A program made the translations under genes and the position numbers. Shown in pieces: positions 12,600 to 24,964 of a DNA stretch of 64,000 nt (positions are counted from its first letter, which is position 1; every line of letters begins with the position of its first letter). The DNA is from Psammoneis japonica (taxonomy: Eukaryota): NCBI GenBank assembly GCA_008632985.1, contig QPGO01000240.1:1-64000 (forward strand), in the 5' to 3' direction. The notes beneath the pieces were generated by a model that did not search any database, was not told the DNA's origin, and saw nothing but the letters and a program-made list of their open reading frames with translations.

Positions 12600-15500
12600 T
12601 GCGCTTCTGAAACAAATTGTGGTTGTTTTGGAAGTGCTGCGCCAGGTGTGTGGTTTTGTGGAAGCTGCTGCACTCCACCTGGCTTGAGAAAAAAGTGGAA
12701 AAGAAAAGAAAAAACTCTCCTGTTGTCGACGGCTTGTCACAATCCACGCACACCTGCTGCCAGCTGGAGCTCCAGCTGAAAACTCCTCATTGCATTTTCA
12801 GTTTGCTGGTTGCTTGTCCCAGGCACTGGCACAGCATTGCATCATCAACATCACTCTTGGCATTTCACACTCTCATGATTTTGCGCGGGTGTGAGGAGAA
12901 AGCAGGACAGAGCTCTCTCAACAAAAGTCGCTTGACATTGTTTGCTGTCCAGGTGCTGAAGGTCATCAAATGGCTTGATTTTTGTTGCTGAGCTTGTGAG
13001 AAGCCATGCATGGACATGCATCAGAAAAGAGTTGTGGGTCTGCTGTGCACAAAATCATTTGAGCAAAGAGAGTGGCAAAACTCCTCCAAAACAGCCAGAG
13101 GCAGCTGCTGCTGCCATGCTTGCCAGATTGGTGGCAAGGCAAGAAAGCACCAGTGTCTTGCCAAAGAGGTGTGCAGCATTTCAGATGATGAGGCAAGCCA
13201 TTTCTTGAGAACAAAAAAGCTGCTCAAGCAGACACCGCTGATGCATTTTGCAGCTCATCTGGTGCAGAGGGAGCTCCGTGCTGTGCTCTGCATCACCCCC
13301 ACCAGAGGCCAATCAAGTTTTTTGTGCTTGCATGTTGTGGAATGCTCAGGTGTAAATTTGGTGGGAACCAACTGGGCAATGGCTGCCAGGTCCACAATTG
13401 GCTCGGGCAAGTGCGCAGACAGCGGCTGCCAAGTGGGTCAACAGATTTTTGACAAAGCTGTCTGAGATCAGGCTTTGCAGTTCATTTTCATTTCTCTGAA
13501 GAAGAGCAACAAGGTCACACACCTCCTTGTTTGGGGTTGACATGAGCGAAACCAGGTTTGTTTGGTTTTGGAGGTTTGGCTCTCTGAGTTGAAGCATCTC
13601 ATTTGTTTGCACCCCAGCTCAACAACAGCGTCACAATTCTTTGGTGTGGGCACACAACACACACTTGTGACACAAAGTCCTCAGGGGCAAAGGAGGGGTT
13701 GAGGAGGATCTTTTTGTTGGTTTTGCAAGCTGGGCAGTGTGTTCAAAATGACACGTGCATGTGTGCAATGGCAGGTTTTGCTGTGCGTGTGTGCACATGA
13801 TGATGAGAAAGAAGGCCCCCATGCTTGCATGGTGCAAAGGAGTGAAAACAAGAAAGAGTTGCCATTGTGTCATGAGAAACCCAGAGATTCTTGCAAAAGA
13901 GCAGCAAGCAGAAAAACAACCCACATCTGCTGAAACAAAGAGAAGCTGCAAAGTGGCAGAGCAAGCACTTTTTCTCCCTCTCTCAAAAAGTCCAGAGAGA
14001 GGAGTGTGTGTGAGCCACAAACGGAAGAGCTGTGCTGCAACCACACAAGCCTGGGTTCAGTGAAAAGAGAGGGTTGCTCACTTGCTCAACACAGGAGGCA
14101 CACCCAAAGTTTCAGGCAAAGGATGCAAATGAACCACAAGCAGTGCTCTCCATCTTGTTCTTTGAGTTGGGAGTGCACTCTCCAGCCCCCCAAAAGAGGG
14201 CTGGGACTCCATGGGATGTTGGGCTGGCAGAATTCCAAATGCAAGCTCTGCAATGACACACATGCTCACATGCTTGGAGCACATTTGTTTTTGGCTTGCC
14301 CAGGAGGTCTTCCCTTCTGACATTGAAGAAAATGTGCAAAACAGGGAGCAAAAAAATGTTTTGTGCAGGAGAGCACACATGGAAATTTGCCCACACAACA
14401 ACACACTCAATGCATTAAGATCAAAGAATGCTTTTGTTGCAGTTCAGCAGCACAAGGTCCAACCTGCCAACAGAGCTGGAGCAGACATTTGGCTGGTGAG
14501 GGTGGCAGCTCCATGCTCAGGAAATGGAGCACAGAATGGAAGCAGGAGCCTGGGCAGGTGCAGGAGTTGTGCCAGCCTTTGGTCTTGCAATGATGGCAAC
14601 AATCCTTGCTGTCAAAGTTGTGATGACTTTCATTGTTCTTTTCTTCTTCAGTCAGCTCCATGGCCAGGCCATTTCTCAGGAACAGGGATTTGAGAGAAGG
14701 CTTGCCAGATGTGTCTTTGTTCCTTTGCACTGTGAGAGCATTTTGCATCAACATCATTGCTCCATTGGTGCACACATGAGAGAGCCTCACCAACAGGAAG
14801 GTTTGGGGGCAGCTGGCCAAAAAGTGAGGGTGCTCACAGTTGTTGAAGCACAAATCACACACTGACAGCGCAAGGAAGAGGTGTGTGGTGCTTGTCTTGG
14901 GCAGTCATGCTGGGGCACTCGTCAGTTGACAATGGCAAAGAACAGCGCTCAATCTCAGAAAGAAAGAAGAGACCTCTTTGACAGAGGTGGCAGTCATGCC
15001 AATGGACCTTTCTGGAGCTTGAAAGTCTTGGCAAGGTGATCAAAAAGGGAGTCATGCTCCAACAGCAAAATTGGGGTTTGGAGAGCCTTTGTGTGAGGTT
15101 GTCGAAGAAGTCGGCAAGAACGAACATCTTGCCCTTCTGGTTTTGCAGATTGTCAAGTCTTGAGTGGCTGCCATGGGCAAGAGAGACAACTTCTCTGCCC
15201 ACATGCTCTTGTCCATCAACAAAGCCAGTGGCAATCTTGATGTGGTTGGCTGTGGTGGCCATCAAATGGCGAGAGTGGGTGGGGCTTCTTCCAAGTTGCT
15301 CTGCAGGGTTTTCATGATGATGATGAGGAACAGGGAACCACCCTGTCACCCAGGTTCACAAACCAGCCATTTTTTGTTTGCTTCTTTCTGGACTGGCTGC
15401 CAAGAGCTCTTGAGGAAGTGCTGGTCCTGTGGGCAAGACCACCTGGCTGGCTCAGGCTCCACATTGGGAGCCATCAAACATTGCATTGTGCCGCCTGTTG

Positions 15501-15770
15501 CTTGCCGCTGTTTGAGCTTCTGTGGCTGTTGAATGTTCTGTGTGAAAGTCACAGGCAGGTTTTGAGAGTTGCAGGATCAACAATTCTTGAGATGCGCCTT
15601 CCACATGCCAGTGCCACGAGTGCCAAGCGAGTGTGCTGCTGCTGTTTGGTTGTCTGTCAATCGTTGAGTTGATTGATTGGTCGAACACAAGGATGACGTG
15701 TCACCAAAAGCAAGGTCAGTGACCAGTGACAACAGGCAGCACTCAAATGCTCTTGTTGCAGCTGCTGGTG
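12600..15770. other. TpA- and CpG-depleted hypermutated block (degenerate repeat/TE or duplicated DNA)
   Basis: By eye only two TpA (about 13353 and 14416) in about 3.1 kb. CpG is rare and TpG/CpA abundant. All six frames hold short ORFs that are Cys/His/Gln-rich and nearly Tyr-free. Confidence 0.85.
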
Positions 15771-16052
15771 TTGGTTACACTCTATGGCAGATGATGAGAT
15801 TATGTGTGGAAAAGCTGAAAAGATGAGCTTCAGGATAAGTGAAGAAGAAAAGAGCGTGAAACCGCACTTTGCCCACTGTCGCACTGCAAGTAAGTGAGCG
15901 CGCCACTACTGTAAGAATCGCGCTGACGGCTGACGGCTCGTGCTGTGCGCTTCAGCATTCAGCATCTGTGTTGAAGCCATGAAGCAACAACAAGCGGCAC
16001 CGGATTTGACAGCGGTTCAATCCCATTCACTTTACAAAGTGTCACTTTAGAC

Positions 16053-16952
16053 ATGGATTTGAATCGAGTTCTAGCATCAAACGTTTTGGGTGAAAGCGGC
16101 AGCACGGATGAAGTTCGACGTGCACTTTTGCGCGGCGCCGATCCAAACATGGTTGTTTACTCCGCTGATGATTCTGCTCCAATCCCCATCCTCTGGGCTG
16201 TTGTTTCTTCGGGTGTCATGACCGATCGCAATGCAAAAGCCCAACTCTTGTTGGAAGCTGGAGCACGCGTGATGGATCGATTGTTTGGCCTGCCGCTGTT
16301 ACACGTTGCGTGTGATCACGGTTACTCATCCATAGCTCGCATGCTCGTATCGCACGGCGCGGCAGTCAATGACAAAACAGATGGTTTGACGCCGTTGCAC
16401 ATAGCTTCGATGAATGGCCATAATGATTTGTGTCTTTTTCTACTGCAGAACGGTGCTGGCGTGGACATGAAGACAACTGATGGAGCCACAGCTCTTCATT
16501 TTGCTGCAGGTTCTGGACACGCAGAAACAGCGCAAGTTCTCCTGGAGAATGGAGGAGCACGAGCCAGTGAGACTGACAGTGATGGAATGACACCCATGCA
16601 TTGTGCAGCCATTTCAGACAGTGAAGGTGTGGCCAGACTGCTGTTGGATCACGGAGCCGATGTGAACGCCAAAGACAACCACGATGAGACGCCATTGGAC
16701 ACGTCCATCAGAGTAGGCCGCCGTGCCGTGACCTCTGTCTTGATGGAAGCACATGGGCAGAAGCTCTTGGCACATGGCAACGTACATCCGGCACTCTGGG
16801 CCCATGTCTTGGCCAAAGTGGGTGAAAGGAGTACTGACATGTCCAGAGTGGGCATTGTTTACTCCTTGCTTGGTGAAAAGCCGGATCTGTTCAATTACAG
16901 GAATGCCGGAAGAAAGAGAAAGCGACCTGATCGATTTGTTCCTGGGGTGTGA
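16053..16952 (+). CDS. Ankyrin-repeat protein with a diatom-type C-terminal LWxxVL...EKPDLF domain and a basic NLS-like tail
   Basis: Ankyrin consensus repeats (GLTPLHIASMNGH, GATALHFAAGSGH, GMTPMHCAA, LLDHGADVNAKD). Tail contains RKRKRP. Confidence 0.9.
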   Translation: MDLNRVLASNVLGESGSTDEVRRALLRGADPNMVVYSADDSAPIPILWAVVSSGVMTDRNAKAQLLLEAGARVMDRLFGLPLLHVACDHGYSSIARMLVSHGAAVNDKTDGLTPLHIASMNGHNDLCLFLLQNGAGVDMKTTDGATALHFAAGSGHAETAQVLLENGGARASETDSDGMTPMHCAAISDSEGVARLLLDHGADVNAKDNHDETPLDTSIRVGRRAVTSVLMEAHGQKLLAHGNVHPALWAHVLAKVGERSTDMSRVGIVYSLLGEKPDLFNYRNAGRKRKRPDRFVPGV

Positions 16953-17618
16953 AGCCATTGCTTAATCTTTGTATTACACAAACAGTAATAAGCTTTGATT
17001 GTCTGCCTTAACGGGGTTACTAGATATTCATCATTACTCATACAAGAATTGTATTATGTCGTTTGTCATGCTTCCACTCTTATCGATCCACGCACCTAGC
17101 TAGTAGGCTAGGCCTAACAGATTAGAACTCCTCTTGATATTTTCAGTCGGTTGTTTGTCCCCCACATTGGCATTGCATCAACACGACTTGGCATTTTTGC
17201 TCTCGTGTTTGTGCGAGCGTGAGAAAGAGCATGTGTACGGAATCAATCGTTTGTGAGAAGGTAAAGAAGGAAGCACAAAGTTGAAGGATAGCAACCACTA
17301 GGCGTTATCGATTGAGATGCAGTTGATGGTTTGGAGAAAGATATTATGAGCAACATGCAGTTGCTGACGAAAAACAAACGAGGTTGAGTACAGTCCTGTA
17401 TGCTTGGATGGCGGTGGAATAGTGAAGGAATCGCAACTCTTAGTCGTTCTCTAGTAGCATTTTGGGAAGTATTCAATCCGCACACCAAAGAACACCGGGC
17501 TTATGTACATTTGGGAAACTGATTCCCTTTCGCATTGTCGTGATGGATAATATGAAGCATACCACATAAATACACATGTAGGGTGCGAGCAAGCATCTAC
17601 GCTTTTAACGAGTGTCAA

Positions 17619-20435
17619 TCACTGAGAGATTTCCCGTTCTGCCTCGGTAGGCTCTGCTTCCTCCGTAGGTTCCGCCTCTTTCTCGGCGTCCGCGATTGCC
17701 TCATACAAATCTCGAGTTCCAGAGCAATACGAGGGCATTGCCATGATGTTGACCTTTTCATCTTTTGTCAGTTCTCCCGGATGCTGCCACCTGGAGCAGT
17801 ATTTTAATTGATCGATAGCATGATCGCAACTTTCGACGTAGCTGCAGGCCTCACGAGGTGTGAGTAACCCTTCGTTTCCAAGATATTCCATGTACCTTGC
17901 ACCCTTGTTCAAAGAATACGACACGCGAGATGCGAAACAATTACCTGAACGTCTCTGTGGTCGTAAGAATGCAACACCTCCTCCGCTTGTGCCACCTCGG
18001 ATTCACTTTCGCTTAAAATCAGCATTTCATCCGCTGAAAACTCACCAACGGCATGATTTTCGGTGAACTCTCTCTTGAAGCGATCTTGTGCATACTGATG
18101 AGCTGCAATGAACGCCAGGGCGCGCTTTACATCCACACGCACCTTGATGTATTCGCTTGACACGGCACGCATATCCTTGCGATAGGCACAATTGAGTCCG
18201 TAGAGATTGTGGATGGAGTACTCGACACGGTTTGTCCAATTGGCGCCCACAAGTGTGGCCGACTCCCAATCATTCAATGGCATGCCCTTGGAGGCTTCGT
18301 CTGCGGCGAATTCGAGGCTCTGAAACAGGACATAGTCGATGAATCCGCGCCCGTCAAGCTCGCCTTTTTCGACTTGCTTCTTGTAGGCATATCGAAGGAT
18401 TTCAATGAAAATACCTCGTAGTTCAATGGCACGATCCGAATGGCCAGCCAAGTCGGGGTTTGCGATTTCAATGGAACGTCTAAGATGTGACCATTGTACG
18501 CGAGGGCCTTCTTCTTCCTCTTCGTTTGTTGACGAAGCCGATTGCTTAGCTGCAACTTGGGAATCCGTTTCAGTAGGTTCTGCTGGACTTTCATGGCCTG
18601 TATGATTGGTGCTACGTCCTTGATGAAGGTATGGCAGAACATTCTCCAGAAAAGGTGCCTTGTAATCGCTAGAAGGAACCTTTTCTCGGTTCCGTTCCAC
18701 CGCGAGTTTGAGCTCTTCTTGGGACAAGCCTCGAAGGATTGGAACATGATAGGCAATAACAGAGTAGTCGACTTTACGAAATCGGGGGTCTGTCAGCAAA
18801 CTGCGGACAACACAATTATCAAATTCGACGGGAAATTTGAGAGAGAGGGGATGACGGATATGGTAAAGGAGACTTTTGAAAAGAGGTGCACGCACTGTAT
18901 AAAATCATCAAGCATGCGCTGTCTCGTAGTTTGTCCGTAGTGCTGGATGATTCGGTTGCGTATATCTGACGTCTTGACAAGGCCTAGTCGGCGAAGCAAG
19001 GGACCCGAAAAGGTTCCGTTAATGACTAAAGTGAAAAGGGCAATCCCACCAACCATTCCAAACAGCTTGGTAGTCAACTCGCGGGTGTCAGTATCCTCGG
19101 TCGAATGAAGAACTTCGTTATCAAGAGAAAGAGCTAGTGCAATGCCCACGGCCCCGCGAAGACCACCAAAGCTAAGGAAAATGGCTTCCCGCCAGTTGCT
19201 TTTGAGTCCAATTCGTGAAAGGATAGGATAGAACGCAAAAACGAGAAAGAACCGTATGGCTTGAACGAGAATGTAAAGGAGAATCAAGTATCCCCAGTCC
19301 TCTGCATTGAATCCAAATCCCTCTCGCTCATCCCCGCCAGCTACAACAGCACCCCACACGACACCACCCAATGTGAAGAGAAGGGTGTTGAGCAAGTATT
19401 CGACCAGTTCCCAGAAGCTCTCCATCATGTGCTGATCGTTGATCATGTTGTTTCCAAACGCCTGCGTGGTATTCCACAAAATACAACAGCAATAACTCCA
19501 GAAGTGTGACAAAGTATCTCTGCGACAAAGAACGAGAGGTACGCCATGGTTATTGTAGCGGCAACCTGGAGCACATTCTCCTCATTGTCCAATCGCCGGT
19601 GCAGGAGGAACAAGAGCAGAATCAGACCCAAGCCAAACGCAACACCAATCGCTGCGCCTCCAAGAGACATGCGAAAGAAAATCTTGACGCCTTCACCCGC
19701 ATCAATATCCTCTCCGAGACCAATGTTCAGCTCGTGAAGAAAGGAAGAACCAAATATGGTAAAGAACACCACAGCGGACCCATCGTTGAGCATGCTTTCA
19801 CCCGACACGTGCATCTTGAGTCTCGGAGGAGCTCCCACTTCATTGAGCAGAGCACTCACAGCGACAGGATCCGTGGCTGCTAGAATCGATCCGAACGTCA
19901 TGGAAAGGTTGAAGCTCCAATCGTACGGAAACACGTAAAACCCCACCAGGGCTGTCAAGACGGTTCCCGCCAGAACCATGGGAAAGGCCATGATTAGTAG
20001 CTGCCAAAAGCTTGCCTGAAAGAGATGAAAATTGACACTAAAGGCATCTACAAACAAGAGGCCAGGCAAAAAGACCAAGAGCAAAAGCTCGCCATCAATC
20101 TTGGCCCAGGTAATTATGGAATCCTGCAGGGTCTCCGCCTTCATGTTTTCATTCTTGACGACAGCGACACCGAGCAATGTGCCAATGGCAAACATGATTG
20201 CCGTGTATGGTAGAGCGTGACAATACCTTGTGAGAACGTAGACAGTTAATACTCCCAAGAGTTCGCTGAACCAAGGAAAAAGAACAGCGGTTGCCGGTTC
20301 AATTTCTTCTTCCTCCTCCTCTTCTTCTGTGTTGGCTCCAGCCACGCAACCCACCGCTACCAGCAGAAGCAGCAGTGGCAGGAAAGTAGGCCACCAATAA
20401 CGTAGCATCCTTGGGATTTTCTTTGCCATGATCAT
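17619..20435 (-). CDS. CPA1-family Na+/H+ antiporter (SOS1/NhaP-like); 1 intron, 2 apparent -1 frameshifts
   Basis: Motifs ATDPVAV, GESMLNDG, TSGVIAVV, FWELVEYLLNTLLF, GGLRGAVGIAL, TLVINGT. Intron 18895..18801. Restoring one base near 19470 (CGITTQAF) and near 17911 (CRILLNKG) gives a continuous frame. Confidence 0.9.
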
Positions 20436-20829
20436 ACCTCTTGCGTTTTCTTAACTTTGCACACGCATCTTTCCATCACATCAATCTTCTCTTGATTCGT
20501 CGTTTCTCATGTGACACGGGTTCTGATTTTGATTTCGCGGAAAGTTGTCACGTTGTCGGAGGGAGTTTTTGGTCCTACAAACCGACATACGGGGATGAAT
20601 ATAAGTATTCAAAAAGAGAAAGATCTGCTGACGTCAACTTGTCTCTCGCGTATCTTTGCGCGCGCAGCTCAAATTGGCGCGCGGCGGTTGCATGGAATCC
20701 ATCGGCCACGGCGGAATCGGCAATGGCGGTGGTATGAGCGCTCTGCAAAGTTCAATTACCGGTGTTGCCTCGAGCACAACAAACAAAATAAGAAACGGAA
20801 ATAGACAGTAGTTCACACCAACCATCACA

Positions 20830-22541
20830 ATGTCGACGTTTTCGGTTGTCGTTCTGGGCAGTTCTGGTGGTGGCACGGCAACACTCGGCCACACAGATCC
20901 CATTCGGCTCTTGACTATTTTACATAAAGAACTTGCAAGCATTACAGGAATTCAAGCCGGCATTTCTCGAGCACTCATGGTGACTCTGGGCAAGAGCTTT
21001 GATGGTGCAAATGAGAATGATATCGCAAAACTGTACGAGGTTCGACAGAGCGCTACAGAAAAAACATTATCGTGTGATATTACCATGACGGCATCCCTCA
21101 AGAGCGTCAATGAGAATTTGAAACGTCGAGATTCTGAAATTGCAAACGAAATCAAAAATGGACAGGTACAGGGACTTGTGTGTATTTCGTGTGCCGTCGA
21201 GTTGTTTTCGAAAACGCTCCAAGCCGCCGCTTCGTCCAACATTCCCGTTACTGGAACGGGCGGGACGTCCCTCTCCAAGGCGGCAGCTTTGTACAAGATT
21301 CGATTGGTTGGAAATGCCGGTGGGTCGGTTGCCAATACGTCCGTCACAAGAGCCGTATCGTATTCACATGCATTGGCACAAGACTGGAACAAAACAAAGG
21401 GAAAAACTCGTATCGACCGTGGCTGCACAACACGGCAGACAACAATCACACCTCACCGGCTTGGACAAGCGTCTTGAATACTTGTCTACCAACATTTTGG
21501 ACTGTGTGTTTGTTAAAGAGACTGTGTCTTACTCTTATTTCCTATTTACAATCATTATCGCTGGAGGAGCACTCTATTTACGTTTCCAATCTGCAATTCA
21601 TGTCTGACGCCTTGGGAAAGTATGCCTTGCCGATGACGCTGCGTCACCATGGCTGTATCTTGTGCGAATCCTACCGTTACTACTCAAGACACAACGTCTA
21701 CCCTCATGGCTGGCACTCTTGCCACAACCGCTTGCCGTCAATCCGTCCTGGCTGGGTTGTTGGCGGGCTGGATGGTATCGCGGTTCCAGAAAAGGCTGCT
21801 GTATTGGTGTATTGTGTGTAACATTCCAGCGACAATGACCAATCTCATGACTGCCGGTGGACTGGGTGGAGTCATTGCAATTGGAGTATCCTTGATTACT
21901 CCGTTCTTGAGAGAATTGACTGTAAGGATTCGGTTCGTCTTACAGCAGACCGTTTCAGGGTCAGGGTGGTTCCCATCCATTGCCGCCTTTTGTTGGGGAT
22001 GTCTTTGCTGCTATGGATCCAAGGTGGGATGGTATCATTCGGTTTTCCTGCCATTGATACTCGTAGAAATGGAATGCGGTGATGCGAGTTTCTTGGGTGC
22101 TGTGGACGAGCTGACACTTGTCTTGGTATGTTTTGGTATTAGCGCTGGAAAACTATTTGCTGCCATGTGTTTACCGCAGTCAGAATCATCCACAAAGGCG
22201 GACCTTGCACTCTGCAAACGAGCCATGTATATAAACTTCTTTTGCGGCGATTTTGTGGAAGCCTGCTATCCATTCATGGAACGACGTGTCCTTGTCAACC
22301 TTGGGGGATACCTTGGGAGTGGATTGTCCTGTGTCGTTTTGGTTGGTTCGGGTCAAGGTGAGGCCATTATTCCGAAGAGTCTTGCTTACCTGCCTCTTCC
22401 TGTTTCGATAGGGCTTGCTGGTGATCAGTGGCAACAAATGGCCTTGGCTTCACTCGTGGCGGTGGGATACCCTTCTTAGCAACAAGCCTTGATGGTGTTT
22501 TCGCTTTTCTACAAAGCAGAACTTCCAAACGCGACGACTGA
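20830..22541 (+). CDS. Bacterial-type PTS sugar-transporter (EIIC-like) membrane protein; split by 3 apparent frameshifts
   Basis: Soluble N-domain has VVLGSSGG, VTGTGGTS and TRAVS. Membrane domain has GWYHSVFLPLILVEME, SFLGAVD and GDFVEACYPFM, which I recognise from a bacterial family annotated as PTS sugar transporters. Frame breaks near 21392, 21640 and 22465. Confidence 0.6.
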
Positions 22542-22719
22542 AACGAATATGCACAACGCATTACTTCGAGTAACCTACTCTCTAGAGGCAATAGGGAACG
22601 ACCAAAAGACCATTCGGATCTATTTTCTACAAAGCGCAGCGTGTATCACGGAAACTTACGAACAACGTGTATCCTGGTGCATCCCCTATCAACCTTGTCA
22701 AATCCCAAATGACTTGCGC

Positions 22720-23333
22720 TCAGACGGTCGTAACATCAGGAATACTAGCCATATGATTTGGCGTTCCATTCACTTGTATCTCAATGTAGTTGGTTTTGTG
22801 CAGGGAAACTGCTTTTCCGTGGGAATGATGGTGATCTCCGTGCATGAGTGGCGCAGTTTGTCGGGTGCATAATTGTGATTCAAAGCAAACACAAAAGCGA
22901 ATCCTTGGACTCTTGGCCGACTGCTCGTCACAGATACGAGAAAGCTCATGCAGCACCTCTTTTTCTTTCCGATCTCTATAAATTGGCAAGATAATACACG
23001 CGAGCACGCTCAAGCAGCCACAATAAGGAGTATGTCAAACCCTTCGAAGGAACTACCCGGATCACCTGTTGCGACAAAGGCAAACCCAGACAGAGTAAAC
23101 AGTATAAAAGCCATCAAATACCCAATCAATAGAAAAATCTGAATTCTTGCTGCCATTGAAAGTGGTATCAAGGCCGCGTCCAGCTTGTCGCAAAGGAAAC
23201 ACCAGTCAAAACTGCTCATGTAGCCGCGCAGCACCGCCGGCATGTTCCGGTTGACTTTGATAGGCGAGGGATCAAAGACACTGGACTGGCAATCAATGTT
23301 GATACGGGCAGTGTTGGTAACCTTAGTCCCCAT
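22720..23333 (-). CDS. Hypothetical two-TM membrane protein (apparent -1 frameshift near 23012)
   Basis: ATG at 23333. Hydrophobic segments IFLLIGYLMAFILFTLSGFAFV and ILLIVAA(L)SVLACIILPIY are joined by adding one T. Confidence 0.6.
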
Positions 23334-24211
23334 CGTCAAGAAGCTGTACTTTGTGGGCGAAAAAGCAACTTGGGAACTCTCTCTCTCTCTTAGATATGAA
23401 TGGTTGAATGATTTTTTTAAAGAACACCGTCCTTGCGATTTCTGGCAGGATGCAGATTCAATGTTGTAAATGTTGAGAAAACCGAGTACGTAAGGTCGAA
23501 AGAGCCAAGTTGATGGATGAAACTCACTGATGCATTTGCGGCAGTTTTTTTTTGACGTTCGGGTTGAAACACCACCAATCACAAATCACGACTGAAACCA
23601 CGACCACCTGCTACCAAATCAAATCCAAAATGCCACACCATGAGGAGCAGACCATCTGCATTGGCTTCCCTTGATGCATTGTCGGTGATGAATTAACAGT
23701 GAATTCTTTTGGAGATTTACATATAGCGGCACTGTAGTGGGCGGTGTGGGAACCCAGGCATCGTCAAAACGGGTGACACGTCACGATTGACATCGCGACC
23801 ACTCGCTCACAGAAGATTCTTTCATGAGAAGCATGACGTGTCCCGGATGCAATGCCGATTGCCTCTCCCGATTCTCAAGACTATGTAGGCTATCGAAGCA
23901 AGGGGCGCACGTATGATCGTTTCGCTTCCGCGAAGGAGGAGAGGGAACGAAGGTGATGGCACAGGGCCATGGAACTTCGGTCGTACAGTATTGTGGTCGT
24001 GTAGCATTGAAAAGCCCGCTTCGATGTTCTGTGTATTATATTCGCATTCATGCATCTATACCCAGTCTTAGAGTGAACTAGACTAAAAAATGAACCAAAG
24101 TACGGGAAATGGAAACTACGATTGATCACGTAATTTTTCGGTTCTAATGAAGCTAGCCTAATATGCAACTATACAATTTTGTTCGGAACTTACAGAGATC
24201 CTAAGAGCCCA

Positions 24212-24811
24212 CTACTTCTTCAGCTCACCCTTGATGATATAATTGGGCTGGTCTTTGGGAATACCCTTGCAAATGATCGTGTGATGGGTTTTGGTTGCAG
24301 TCGCATCCTCTCCGATGCACTCAACCGGACACGATGCCGGATTCTTGTCACAGGTGCACATGTACTCATCGGTATCGGGAAAGAGACTGCAAGAGAGTGC
24401 CTTGTTGACATAGTCGTCACACCAACTGGCCACGAGGGCGTTATTCTCGCAATGGTTCCTCTCGTGCTTTTCCTTCAGGACATAGTTGGGTTCGTCCTCC
24501 GGAATTCCACTACATTGAATACCGTAGTGGGTCTTTTGGTCAGCAGCACTTCCATCGGCACACTCCGATGGACAAAGCGACGAGTGCTCATGGCAGCTGC
24601 ATCCGTACTGGTCAAACTCCGTAGACATGACGCAATCCAGATTTGGATTGACCTTGGTGTTGCACCACGACTCGAGTAGGCCGTGATTGCCTTCGCAAAG
24701 CTTAAACTGAGACCGCTCAAAGATCGAAGGCAACTCTACATCGTTCTCAAACTCCAAGTCAAGAGCCACAGACAAGGTAATGCAGGTAAGGAAGATCGGG
24801 AAGAGCATCAT
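24212..24811 (-). CDS. Secreted cysteine-rich protein with two tandem ~80 aa, 8-Cys repeats
   Basis: Signal peptide MMLFPIFLTCITLSVA. Duplicated unit CE..SWC..VN..L.C..D.Y.C.C..CP.EC..KTH..I.C.GIP.D.PNY. Confidence 0.8.
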   Translation of the reverse strand: MMLFPIFLTCITLSVALDLEFENDVELPSIFERSQFKLCEGNHGLLESWCNTKVNPNLDCVMSTEFDQYGCSCHEHSSLCPSECADGSAADQKTHYGIQCSGIPEDEPNYVLKEKHERNHCENNALVASWCDDYVNKALSCSLFPDTDEYMCTCDKNPASCPVECIGEDATATKTHHTIICKGIPKDQPNYIIKGELKK

Positions 24812-24964
24812 GGTGGAAGCACGGAATATCTTTTGATGATGTCGCGTCGGGTTCGGTTTCTCAAATTTTGTGAGAGCATCACGCTTGACACCACCCGTAG
24901 TACAAACTCAACGTAGAATTCTACGAGGATTCTGATTTGCCGGTCGAAAGAAAGACGATTTCTA

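Noticed and set aside
12600..15770. Classical RIP or simple CpG methylation decay as the sole cause
   Set aside because: RIP enriches TpA, and CpG decay does not remove TpA. The observed direction is opposite or additional.
12433..15884. Dozens of overlapping 60-165 aa ORFs in all six frames
   Set aside because: They are a by-product of TAA/TAG loss in TpA-depleted DNA. They are Cys/His-rich with no recognisable motifs.
23495..23690. Short TpA-poor patch (also about 41610-41705)
   Set aside because: Too short to distinguish from chance by eye.
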